DNA from: Candidatus Woesearchaeota archaeon
GTDB taxonomy: Archaea > Nanobdellota > Nanobdellia > SCGC-AAA011-G17 > CAYHUM01
Assembly (NCBI GenBank): GCA_964359945.1
Contig: CAYHUM010000002.1
Span: forward strand, 1 to 57,740
Direction of reading: 5' to 3'
Length of the DNA stretch: 57,740 bases
This document shows, piece by piece, positions 1 through 9,483 of this stretch. The position numbers and the translations under genes were made by a program. The notes beneath the pieces are model-generated. The model had not been told where the DNA came from, made no database searches, and saw nothing but the letters and a program-made list of their open reading frames with translations. Each line of letters begins with the position of its first letter. Positions within the stretch are counted from its first letter, which is position 1.

Positions 1-492
1 CCTGTAAGTACTGGTGGTGGGGGAGGGCTTGGAAGATTTTTTAGAAGAAGACAACCACAAAACACTGCAACAGAAACATCACCACCCTCGAACCCAAGTC
101 CTCAAACTACATCTCAACCACAAGAAGTTCAGCAACGATTAAATCCTAATTTAAAAGGATTTATTACAAATGCTATTGATGGAATAAACCAAATTTTAGC
201 ACAACAAAATCCTCAAGGTATATTATCTGTTCTTTATGGTGATGGTCAAGGACAAGTATATGGAATAGTATCAGCATTACAAAGGGTTTATACTGAAATG
301 CGAAGTGATGATATGGCAAAACAATATTTACAGCCTTTAAATGGTTTGATAAATAAAGTACAACAAAATGTTAATGGCCTAAAAGGTGCTAAATCTGATA
401 ATCAAAGATTATTTATGATAAATATGAGTATTAAACCTAATCTTGAAAAAATAAGATCACTATTACAAAATATTTTAAGGTCTCATCCTTAG
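1..492 (+). CDS. hypothetical protein, C-terminal part (ORF open to the window edge)
   Basis: Frame 1 has no stop from nt 1 to the TAG at 490-492, so the 64-aa track ORF is only the tail. The N-terminal visible part is G/P/Q/S/T-rich low complexity. Confidence 0.5.
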   Translation, partial: PVSTGGGGGLGRFFRRRQPQNTATETSPPSNPSPQTTSQPQEVQQRLNPNLKGFITNAIDGINQILAQQNPQGILSVLYGDGQGQVYGIVSALQRVYTEMRSDDMAKQYLQPLNGLINKVQQNVNGLKGAKSDNQRLFMINMSIKPNLEKIRSLLQNILRSHP

Positions 493-528
493 TTATCTTT
501 ATATATTCTTTATTTTATTTAATAATCA

Positions 529-1059
529 ATGAAACCTTGGGTGCATAAAATAGAGGTAATTGTAGATAAAAGTATTCCTTATTTAGTCTTAATCTTATTA
601 GTCTTGCTTATAGGAGAATTTACGCATTACAAATTAGTGGAAGAAAATGAAAACATTGTATTAATCATAGATTATTTTGTAGTTTTAGTTTTTATTGTAG
701 ATTTGTCATTTAAGTATTATAGAGTAAAAGATAGTAAGATATTTATTAAAAAATATTGGCTTGATATAATTGCTGTATTTCCATTTTTTTTATTATTCAG
801 ATTAGTTGAAGAAGTAATATTATTTTTTAGAATTGGTTCTGAAATATTTAAAGCTCAAGATATACTTACAATAGTCCATACTGGAGTTGAAGTAAGTGGA
901 ATTTCTAGTGATGAAGCTAAGGCATTAAGAGAAATTCAAGAGGCCACTAGACTAGAAAGAACAGCAAGAATAACAAGGATAATTAGGCCTTTAGAGAGAA
1001 TTCCTAGAATATTAAGAGTGCTACATTTTTTTGAGATACCATTTAGAAAGAAAAATTAA
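529..1059 (+). CDS. membrane protein resembling a voltage-sensor domain (S1-S4 of Ion_trans channels) with no pore domain
   Basis: Hydrophobic helices carry acidic residues (IIDYFVV..IVDLSF, YWLDIIAVFPFF). A C-terminal helix has Arg at about every third residue (RLERTARITRIIRPLERIPRILRVL). The ORF ends 13 aa later and overlaps the convergent fen stop. Confidence 0.55.
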   Translation: MKPWVHKIEVIVDKSIPYLVLILLVLLIGEFTHYKLVEENENIVLIIDYFVVLVFIVDLSFKYYRVKDSKIFIKKYWLDIIAVFPFFLLFRLVEEVILFFRIGSEIFKAQDILTIVHTGVEVSGISSDEAKALREIQEATRLERTARITRIIRPLERIPRILRVLHFFEIPFRKKN

Positions 1060-2060
1060 AACCATTTATTAAGACCTTGTTCTCTTGGTTTATTTAGTTT
1101 ATTTAATGTATTAATTACTCTTTTTTCATCGAAATCATGTTCTTCTACTAAAATTTCTTTTATTTTTTTATTATCTGGACTTGAAAACTTTAATTGATAA
1201 TTTTTCATGATAGGCATTGATTTAAATACAGCATAAATTTCTTTCCAATTAAAATCTGCTTTTACTTCTTTAAATAATTCATTAAAATCATGATATTGCT
1301 TAACTAATTTTAATGCTGATTTTGGGCCTACTTTTTTTACACCTTCTCGATTATAATCTGTTCCTATTAATATTGCTAGTACTATTAATTGATCTTGATT
1401 TATATCTAAGAAAGATAAAACATTTTTGAGTTCTATTATTTCTGGTTTAATATTAACTACTTGTCCAGAAGGTAATCTTCTTTTTTGTGATATAGTTAAA
1501 TTTCTTATTAATCTAGGAGTGCCAAACAATAAAGAATCTGCATCTTGTGAAACTATTGCATAAGCATCTCCTTGTTCAGCTATAAATGCACATTGGGCTT
1601 CTGCTTCTGAAGGTGCTTGTATTACAGGAATGCCAAATGCTCTTAGTAATTCCTTTGATTCATTTATTATTTCATCAGATAATCTTACAAATCGTTTTGA
1701 GTATTTAGTCATTAATATAATATCTTCTTGCTCTTGGGCTTCTTTAAATTTTTTCTCTGCAATTTGTTTTTTATATTCTCGTTCTTCTGTTTCTTTTATT
1801 TTAAGTAAAGGAGGTTTGCCATCAAATACAAAACATAATTTAACATTATTCATTAATAAATTTGATACTCTACTAAATATGCCCATTAAATGACTTGTAA
1901 TTCTATTTTTTGAATCAAGTAAAGGAACACCTCCAGGTTGTCTTATTGATGTTAAAAATTGGTATAAAACAGGGGAAGCATCTACAACTAAAGTTTTATT
2001 TTTTAAGTCATCTATAGAAACTTCTTTTTTAGGTATTAAATCCCATAATTTAACTCCCAT
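1056..2060 (-). CDS. fen: flap endonuclease 1 (FEN-1)
   Basis: N-terminal MGVKLWDLI...VVDASPVLYQFL and FVFDGKPP XPG-N motifs, an XPG-I region (SEAEAQCA..SQDADSLLFG), and a C-terminal PIP box QGLNKWF. Confidence 0.95.
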   Translation of the reverse strand: MGVKLWDLIPKKEVSIDDLKNKTLVVDASPVLYQFLTSIRQPGGVPLLDSKNRITSHLMGIFSRVSNLLMNNVKLCFVFDGKPPLLKIKETEEREYKKQIAEKKFKEAQEQEDIILMTKYSKRFVRLSDEIINESKELLRAFGIPVIQAPSEAEAQCAFIAEQGDAYAIVSQDADSLLFGTPRLIRNLTISQKRRLPSGQVVNIKPEIIELKNVLSFLDINQDQLIVLAILIGTDYNREGVKKVGPKSALKLVKQYHDFNELFKEVKADFNWKEIYAVFKSMPIMKNYQLKFSSPDNKKIKEILVEEHDFDEKRVINTLNKLNKPREQGLNKWF

Positions 2061-2149
2061 AATTTAAAACATTAAAAATAGATTTATATAGTTTACCAAA
2101 AAGTTTATTTATTACTTATTAAGTTATTTTTAGGTAAAAAGTGGTGTAG

Positions 2150-2788
2150 ATGATTAAACAAAAAGTATTAAACCATGGAAGTGATTATTTTTATAGAGTT
2201 CATTTAAGTAAACTAAATACTTTATGCAATTATGAATCATTAAAGAATTACTTAGCAAGTATTTTTAGATATTGCCCAGATGAACATTTTAATTCTGGTC
2301 CAAGAAGTTCTAGTTTAAGATTTAAATTAAAAAATTTAAATATTTTACATACGGAAAATCATGAAATTTCTTCTTTAACTCAATTTGCTTTAAATGGTAA
2401 TGAAGAGAGAAATGCTCATGATGATGTAGAATTCTTTTTATTGAGAAACGATAATAAAACCATAGCAGTAGAAATCCCTATATGGCTCAAACCAGAAGAA
2501 CTAATTGATTATGAAACTTTATTTGGAACAAGTAAAGTATTAAGTGGTCATATTGATATCTTAAGAATAGAAGATGATAAAGTATGGATTTGGGATTATA
2601 AACCAAATGCTAGATCTGAAAAATATGCAGATACTCAAACATTTTTTTATGCTTTAATGCTAAGTAAAAGAACTGGGATAGACTTAGAAAATTTTAGATG
2701 TGGTTACTTTGATAGTAATAATACTTACATTTTCAAACCTCAATTAAGTGCTATTATCAAGAATAAGGTTATTTCTGAGTTCTTATAA
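2150..2788 (+). CDS. PD-(D/E)XK nuclease superfamily protein (RecB/Cas4-like core, no Cys cluster)
   Basis: GHIDILRIEDDKVWIWDYKP gives the D...DxK motifs, followed by a QxxxY-like TQTFFYALML. Confidence 0.5.
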   Translation: MIKQKVLNHGSDYFYRVHLSKLNTLCNYESLKNYLASIFRYCPDEHFNSGPRSSSLRFKLKNLNILHTENHEISSLTQFALNGNEERNAHDDVEFFLLRNDNKTIAVEIPIWLKPEELIDYETLFGTSKVLSGHIDILRIEDDKVWIWDYKPNARSEKYADTQTFFYALMLSKRTGIDLENFRCGYFDSNNTYIFKPQLSAIIKNKVISEFL

Positions 2789-2795
2789 ACATTAA

Positions 2796-3089
2796 TTAGA
2801 CACTAAGAGAATGTTTCTTTATTTTATAGACTTCTTCTCTTTTATCTAATTCAGAAATTAATTCAAGTGTTTTTTGTTCATATTGTTCTTCTAGTTTATT
2901 ATTATATCCCTGAATGCCACCGTATCGAGCATAGTCCTCAGGATATGGATAATCCCCAGAAATTCTTTTAGTTTCATACAAAGATTTTAATCTAATCAGT
3001 AGATATATTAGTTCTCCTAAGTTTAATTTTTCTGGTTTTTCTTTTATTAAATCTGCTAAGTTTTTGGCCTTTATTTCATTATTTACCAT
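2796..3089 (-). CDS. hypothetical protein
   Basis: 97-aa ORF fills the gap between neighbouring genes. No recognisable motif. Confidence 0.4.
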   Translation of the reverse strand: MVNNEIKAKNLADLIKEKPEKLNLGELIYLLIRLKSLYETKRISGDYPYPEDYARYGGIQGYNNKLEEQYEQKTLELISELDKREEVYKIKKHSLSV

Positions 3090-3173
3090 AATTTAATTAA
3101 GAGAGAAAAATTATTAAATCTTTCGAATAAGTTTATAATAAGTTTTATAAACGTTTATAGGCTTTTTTATAGC

Positions 3174-5618
3174 ATGGTTAAAATACAGTTTTTTTTGTTT
3201 GATATTGGATATGAAAATGATGAAGAAGGCAATGCTATAATTCAACTATTTGGTAAAACTAAAGATGGTAAAGATGTTTGTGTTTTAGACAAAAATTTTG
3301 ATCCTTATTTTTATGTTTTTAGTAAAGAAAACTTAGAGAAACATAAAGAAAAAATATTGAATTGTGGTAATGAAAGATATTATGTTAAGGATGTGAAAAT
3401 AGAAGAGGTAAAATATTTAGATAAAGATTATAAAGTTCTAAAAGTTATAGTAAACAATCCTATTTCTGTAAATGAAATTAAAAGAATAGTTAAGGACATG
3501 TCCGATACATATGATGTTAAGGAAGTAGATATTCCTTTTTATAAAAGATATTTAATAGATAAAAAATTTAGTCCCTTGGCTTTGTTTAATGTTGAAGGTA
3601 ATTTAATAGATAAAAAAGATTTTGATATATGTATAGAAGCTATTGATATTGAACAAAATGAAGAGTATTTTAGTAATCCAAGAATATTAGCTTTTGATAT
3701 AGAAGCATATACACAAGAAAAACGTTATCCTATAGAAGAAAGAGATCCTATAATAATGATTGCTTTTTGTGGTAATGATGGTTATAAAAAAGTTCTAACA
3801 TGGAAGAAATTCTCTAAAGCTCAAGATTATGTTGAGTTTGTAAGCGATGAAATTGAATTACTTGAAAAGTTTAAAACAATAATAAAAAATTATAATCCTG
3901 ATTATTTGGTTGGATATTTTACGGATGGTTTTGATTTTCCTTACATAGAAAGGAGATGTAGAAAATACGATGTTAAGTTTGATATAAAAAATAGGCCTAT
4001 AAAGATTACAAGAAGAAGAAACTCAAAAACAGCTAAAATTAAAGGACTGGTTCATTTAGATATATATAAATTCATTAGAGGCAATATGGGTAATGCTTTA
4101 AGAGTTGATTCTTTTGATCTTGGTACAATTGCACATGAATTATTAAAAGAAAGGAAAATAGATGCAGACATTGAAGACATAGGCATAGTTTGGGATCACG
4201 GCAAAGATGAAATTTCTAAATTCATTGAATATAATTTGCAAGATGCTAATTTAACATTAAAACTAGCTGAAAAGATTTTGCCAAATATAGAAGAACTGGT
4301 AAAATTAGTGGGTATGCCTATATTTGATGTTTGTAGAATGCCATATAGTCAATTAGTTGAAAATTATTTAATGAAAAGAGCTAAAGAGTTTAATGAGATA
4401 TTTCCTAACAAGCCCAGTAATACAGAAATAGAAAAAAGAAGAATAAGAACATACCAAGGAGCTTTTGTTATTGAGCCTAATCCTGGATTGTATAGAAATA
4501 TTGTGGTGTTTGACTTTAAGGGATTTTGGCCTTCTATTTTAGTAGCTCATAATATTAGTTTAGCTACTTTAACTAATGAAACAAAAAATAGTTTTAAAAG
4601 TCCTGAGCTATATGAACAAGGTAAAAAAGTAAATTATTATTTTAGTAAGAAAACTAGTTTTATTCCTGAAGTTGTAAAGGAGTTAATAATAAGAAGAAAT
4701 AGAGTTAAAGATATTTTAAAAAAAGATCCTCATAATAAAGTTTTAGATGGTCGTTACTATGGGCTTAAAACCTTAACAAATGCAACTTATGGTTATTTTG
4801 GTTTTTTTGGTGCTAGATGGTACTGTAGGGAATGTGGTGCTAGCATTACTGCTTTTGGTAGGGATTATATAGAAAAAGTAATAAAAGAAGCAAAGAAAGA
4901 AAAGTTTGGTATAATTTACTCTGATACAGACAGTATTTTCTTAGAACTAAAAAAAAGAAGTAAGAAAGATTCTTTAAAATTCCTTGAAAAAATAAATAGT
5001 AAATTACCTGAATTCATTGAACTTGATTTAGAAGATTTTTATTTAAGAGGGATTTTTGTTAAGAAGAAAAATGAAAGAGAGGGAGCGAAGAAAAAATATG
5101 CTTTAGTTACAAGTCATGGAGAAATAAAAGTAAGAGGTTTTGAAACAATAAGAAGGGATTGGAGTTTAATTGCTAAAGAAGTTCAGAAAAATGTTTTAGA
5201 GTTAATCTTAAGAGAAGATAACCCTGAAAAAGCTTTAAAGTATGTTAAGGATGTAATTATGAAAGTGAAAAATAGAAAAATTGAAGTTGAAAAAATGATA
5301 ATTAAAACTCAGTTAAAGAAAAACATTGAAAGATATGATTTAGTAGGTCCTCATGTTGCTGTTGCTCAAAAAATGAAAGAAAAAGGTATGTATGTTGGTC
5401 CAGGAAGTGTTATAAGATATGTTGTAATGGAAGGAAAAGGTAGAATTAGAGAAAGGGCTAAATTACCAGAAGAATGTAAAGGTAATGAGTATGATCCTGA
5501 ATATTACATAAATAATCAGATAGTTCCTGCAATAGAAAATATATTTAATGCGGTTGGTTATAGTCAAGAACAAATTACAGAAGCAATATCACAAAGTAAA
5601 TTAGGAAAATTTATTTAA
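3174..5618 (+). CDS. polB: family B DNA polymerase
   Basis: Exo I FDIEAY, Exo II GYFTDGFDFPY, Exo III YNLQDA, motif A DFKGFWPSI, motif B KTLTNATYGYFG, motif C YSDTDS and KKKYAL. The C-terminus is PIP-like (QSKLGKFI). Confidence 0.95.
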   Translation: MVKIQFFLFDIGYENDEEGNAIIQLFGKTKDGKDVCVLDKNFDPYFYVFSKENLEKHKEKILNCGNERYYVKDVKIEEVKYLDKDYKVLKVIVNNPISVNEIKRIVKDMSDTYDVKEVDIPFYKRYLIDKKFSPLALFNVEGNLIDKKDFDICIEAIDIEQNEEYFSNPRILAFDIEAYTQEKRYPIEERDPIIMIAFCGNDGYKKVLTWKKFSKAQDYVEFVSDEIELLEKFKTIIKNYNPDYLVGYFTDGFDFPYIERRCRKYDVKFDIKNRPIKITRRRNSKTAKIKGLVHLDIYKFIRGNMGNALRVDSFDLGTIAHELLKERKIDADIEDIGIVWDHGKDEISKFIEYNLQDANLTLKLAEKILPNIEELVKLVGMPIFDVCRMPYSQLVENYLMKRAKEFNEIFPNKPSNTEIEKRRIRTYQGAFVIEPNPGLYRNIVVFDFKGFWPSILVAHNISLATLTNETKNSFKSPELYEQGKKVNYYFSKKTSFIPEVVKELIIRRNRVKDILKKDPHNKVLDGRYYGLKTLTNATYGYFGFFGARWYCRECGASITAFGRDYIEKVIKEAKKEKFGIIYSDTDSIFLELKKRSKKDSLKFLEKINSKLPEFIELDLEDFYLRGIFVKKKNEREGAKKKYALVTSHGEIKVRGFETIRRDWSLIAKEVQKNVLELILREDNPEKALKYVKDVIMKVKNRKIEVEKMIIKTQLKKNIERYDLVGPHVAVAQKMKEKGMYVGPGSVIRYVVMEGKGRIRERAKLPEECKGNEYDPEYYINNQIVPAIENIFNAVGYSQEQITEAISQSKLGKFI

Positions 5619-5619
5619 A

Positions 5620-6507
5620 ATGAATGACTACAAAGATTGGGAAAAAGCAGGAAGGATTGCAGCTGAATCTCTTGAATATGGTAAACATTTAATAAAAAAA
5701 GATGCTTCTTTAATTGAAGTTACGGAAAAAATTGAAGAGAAAATTTTTAATCTGGGTGGTAAACCAGCTTTTCCTGTTCAAATTTCCTTAAATGATATAG
5801 CAGCTCATTATAATGCTTTTGTAAATGATCAAACAATTTTTAATAATGAGGTAATTAAAATAGATGTTGGTGTAAGTTATAATGGTGCTATTGGGGATAA
5901 TGCTTTAACTATTGATTTGAATGGTGATTATAATGAATTAGTAAAAGCAAGTAGAGAAGCCTTAAATGAAATTCTTAAAAATATAAGAATTGGAATTGAA
6001 TTAGGAGAAATAGGCAAAATCATAGAAGAAAAAATTCAGGAGTTTAATTTTAGTCCTGTAAGAAATTTAAGTGGACATGGTTTAGGTAAATTTACTGTTC
6101 ATACTTCTCCCACTATACCAAATTATAATAATGAAGATAAAAATATTTTAAAAGAAGGACAAGTTATTGCTATAGAGCCATTTGCTACTAATGGTGAAGG
6201 GTTTATTTATGAATCTAAAAGAAGTGAAATTTATAGTGTAATTAATTCTAAACCTCTAAGAGATTTTAATGTCAGGAAAATTTTAGAATTTATAAATAAA
6301 GAATATGGAGGAATGCCTTTTGCAAAAAGATGGTTAGTAAAAAAGTTTCCTTTGCAAAAAGTAACTTATGCTTTATTTTTACTTGAAAAAGAAAATATAA
6401 TTAAAGAATATATGCATTTAAGTGAAAAAAGTAGAGGCTTAGTAAGTCAAGCAGAACATTCTGTAATAATTTTAGATAAACCAAAAGTAATAACAAAAGT
6501 AGATTAA
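5620..6507 (+). CDS. map: methionine aminopeptidase, type 2 (archaeal)
   Basis: Pita-bread fold signatures (AAHY, IDVGV..GAIGDNA, SGHGLG, IAIEPF, EHSVII). Length is typical of archaeal MetAP2. Confidence 0.9.
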   Translation: MNDYKDWEKAGRIAAESLEYGKHLIKKDASLIEVTEKIEEKIFNLGGKPAFPVQISLNDIAAHYNAFVNDQTIFNNEVIKIDVGVSYNGAIGDNALTIDLNGDYNELVKASREALNEILKNIRIGIELGEIGKIIEEKIQEFNFSPVRNLSGHGLGKFTVHTSPTIPNYNNEDKNILKEGQVIAIEPFATNGEGFIYESKRSEIYSVINSKPLRDFNVRKILEFINKEYGGMPFAKRWLVKKFPLQKVTYALFLLEKENIIKEYMHLSEKSRGLVSQAEHSVIILDKPKVITKVD

Positions 6508-8804
6508 CCAAAATAATTTTGAGTATCTTTTTTGGTTCTAATTTCAGCTGCTCTTGCTGTTCTTAAATATTGATCTTCTATTTCTTTGTATTTCTTGATA
6601 TCTGCTTCTGATATAGAGGGCTTAATTCTCTTTAGAGCTTCTAAGAAATGTTTCATTTTTACTTCTTTTGCTTTAAAGTCTTCTCTTAGTGCAAAAATTC
6701 CAGCTTCTCTACAAACTCCTTCTATATCTGCTCCTACATAATTTTCAGTTAGTTCTATTAATTTAGATAAGCTTACATCTTTAGCAAGAGGCATTGTTTT
6801 TGTATGAATCTTGAAAATTTCTAATCTAGATTTTTTCGTTGGTACTGTAGTTGCTATAATTCTATCAAATCTTCCTGGTCTTAATAATCCAGGATCTATT
6901 GTATCTGGTCTATTAGTTGCTCCTATAACTACAACATCATTTAATTCTTCTATACCGTCCATTTCAGACAGTATTTGATTTGTTACTTTATCCGTAACAC
7001 TTGTTGATATATCACGACCGCGTACAGAAGCTATAGCATCTAACTCATCAAAGAAAATAATACATGGAGCTGTTTGTCTAGCTCTTTCAAATACTTTACG
7101 TATTGCTCTTTCACTTTCTCCTACAAATTTATTTAATAATTCAGGACCTTTAACAAGGATAAAATTAGCTTCACTTTCTGTTGCTATTGCTTTTGCTAAT
7201 AATGTTTTACCAGTTCCTGGAGGGCCATAAAGTAAAATTCCTCTTGGTGGTGTTATTCCTAATCTTTTAAATGCTTGTGGGTTTTTTATAGGCCATTCAA
7301 CTACTTCTTTTAATTGTTGTTTAATTTCTTCTAAACCCCCAATATCTTTCCATCTAACATTAGGAACTTCTACTAGAACTTCACGCATTGCGCTAGGCCT
7401 TACTAATCTTAATGCTTCTCTAAAATCTATATCTGTAATTTTTAATTTTTCTAAAATCTCTTGTGGTATCATGCCTTCATCTTTCTTAAGTTTTAAATCA
7501 GGAAGAACTTTTCTTATAACAGACATAGCTGCTTCTTTACATAAAGCTTCTAGGTCAGCTCCTACAAAACCATGAGTTATTTCAGCTAGTTTTTCAAGTT
7601 TAACATCTGGTGTAAGAGGCATATTTCTTGTATGTATTTTTAATATGCTCAATCTTGCATTTTTTCCAGGAACTCCAATCTCAATTTCTCTATCAAATCT
7701 TCCTGGTCTTCTTAATGCAGGATCAATTGCATTTGGTCTATTTGTAGCACCTATAACGATAACCTTACCTCTTGATTTAAGACCATCCATCGTAGCAAGT
7801 AGTTGAGCAACAACTCTTCTTTCAACTTCTCCATAACTTTCTTCTCTTTTTGGAGCTATGGCATCAATTTCATCTATAAAAATAATTGAAGGAGCATTTT
7901 TTTCTGCTTCATCAAATATATCTCTAATTCTTTTTTCTGCTTCTCCCACATATTTATTCATTACTTCAGGACCATTAATTAAGATAAAATGAGCATCTGA
8001 TTCATTAGCAACTGCTTTAGCAAGTAAAGTTTTACCAGTTCCTGGTGCACCATGAAGCAATACTCCTTTAGGGGGTTGTATTCCTACTCTCTCAAATATT
8101 TCTGGATGTTTCAAAGGTAGTTCAACCATTTCACGTATTTTTCTTATTTCTTCTTCTAACCCTCCAATGTCCTCATAATTAACTTCTGGGACTTTTTCTT
8201 CAAGGACTTCAACTGCTTTTGGATTAATAGTTAATTGGGTGTTTTCAGTTATAACAGTAATTCCTTTTGGTGTAGTATTAACCACTATGAATTTAATACC
8301 CATCAAACTTAAATTAAAACTCCCAACAAAACTTTCTTCAAATAAATTAAAGATGTCTTCATAAGGGGAACCAGTCATTGTTTTTTTTCTTCTTATAGTT
8401 CCTCCTAAAGAAATAATATCACCCTTAACAACAGCTCTTCCTAAAACAGCTCTTTTAAAAAATTCTGGGTTAGTTGTTTCTATCATTATATTTTCTTGAC
8501 CTGGAGCAATAGTAACTGATTTAGCTTCTGCAACTTGGGCTTTTCTTACTTTTACTACCTCGCCTATTCCAGTTTTAGCATTTTTTCTTAGAATACCATC
8601 CATTCTTATGACTTTTTGACCAACATCGGTAGGGTATGCTCTGTCTACTATACCAACAGTTAATCTATTTCCTTCTATCTCAACTACATCTCCTGGATGT
8701 ACATTAAGATTATGCATTGTTTCAGAGTCTATTCTAATTATACCTTTATAGGCTTCTTCTTGCAATGCTTCCATTACCTTTAATTGAACTTCTTTGATTT
8801 GCAT
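6504..8804 (-). CDS. cdc48: Cdc48/VCP-like AAA+ ATPase
   Basis: N-terminal double-psi barrel region followed by two AAA modules (GAPGTGKT...IIFIDEID and GPPGTGKT...IIFFDELD). Both carry second-region-of-homology RPGRFDR motifs. Confidence 0.95.
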   Translation of the reverse strand: MQIKEVQLKVMEALQEEAYKGIIRIDSETMHNLNVHPGDVVEIEGNRLTVGIVDRAYPTDVGQKVIRMDGILRKNAKTGIGEVVKVRKAQVAEAKSVTIAPGQENIMIETTNPEFFKRAVLGRAVVKGDIISLGGTIRRKKTMTGSPYEDIFNLFEESFVGSFNLSLMGIKFIVVNTTPKGITVITENTQLTINPKAVEVLEEKVPEVNYEDIGGLEEEIRKIREMVELPLKHPEIFERVGIQPPKGVLLHGAPGTGKTLLAKAVANESDAHFILINGPEVMNKYVGEAEKRIRDIFDEAEKNAPSIIFIDEIDAIAPKREESYGEVERRVVAQLLATMDGLKSRGKVIVIGATNRPNAIDPALRRPGRFDREIEIGVPGKNARLSILKIHTRNMPLTPDVKLEKLAEITHGFVGADLEALCKEAAMSVIRKVLPDLKLKKDEGMIPQEILEKLKITDIDFREALRLVRPSAMREVLVEVPNVRWKDIGGLEEIKQQLKEVVEWPIKNPQAFKRLGITPPRGILLYGPPGTGKTLLAKAIATESEANFILVKGPELLNKFVGESERAIRKVFERARQTAPCIIFFDELDAIASVRGRDISTSVTDKVTNQILSEMDGIEELNDVVVIGATNRPDTIDPGLLRPGRFDRIIATTVPTKKSRLEIFKIHTKTMPLAKDVSLSKLIELTENYVGADIEGVCREAGIFALREDFKAKEVKMKHFLEALKRIKPSISEADIKKYKEIEDQYLRTARAAEIRTKKDTQNYFG

Positions 8805-8856
8805 TTTAAATGGTAAATTATTTAAGAACTTGTGTTTAATAAATGTTGTGGTAAAT

Positions 8857-9483
8857 ATGGTATTTAAGACTTTCGATGATGAATTAAATCTAATTTTAAG
8901 TGGTAATAAGCCAGAAATAAGTTTGTTTTATGGGGCTGCTGGTACAGGTAAAACTACTTTTTGTTATTTAGCTGTTATAGAAAATGTAAATAAAGGTAAG
9001 GTTATATTCATAGATACAGAAGATGGATTTTCTTTAGAAAGATTTAATCAACTTGTAGGAAATAATTTTAAAGAAACTTTAGATAAAATATTAATTTTTA
9101 AGATTAATAGTTTTAAAGACCAGCAATTAAAAATTAAAAAATTACTGGATATAATAAAAAAAACTAATGTTTCCTTAATTATTGTTGATACTATGGGTTC
9201 ATATTATAGAAGAATGGTAAAAAGTAAACCAGATCTAGCAAATAAAATGTTAAATAGTCAATTAAGAATTTTAAAGTATATTTCGAAAAAAATTCCAGTG
9301 GTAATAACAAGCCAAGTTTATCAAGATATTGAGAATAATATGATTTCTTTAGTTGGGAAAAAAATATTAGATAGATATTATAAAAATTTAATTAAGCTTG
9401 AAAAGAAACCTAGTAGAATTTTATACTGCAAAGACTTAAAATTAGAATTTGAGATTAATGATGAAGGTATAAATTTTATTTAG
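8857..9483 (+). CDS. radB: RadB-like RecA-family ATPase
   Basis: Walker A GAAGTGKTTF and Walker B LIIVDT. It is a short RecA core without an N-terminal HhH domain. I prefer the ATG at 8857 because the track start at 8794 overlaps the cdc48 start. Confidence 0.75.
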   Translation: MVFKTFDDELNLILSGNKPEISLFYGAAGTGKTTFCYLAVIENVNKGKVIFIDTEDGFSLERFNQLVGNNFKETLDKILIFKINSFKDQQLKIKKLLDIIKKTNVSLIIVDTMGSYYRRMVKSKPDLANKMLNSQLRILKYISKKIPVVITSQVYQDIENNMISLVGKKILDRYYKNLIKLEKKPSRILYCKDLKLEFEINDEGINFI

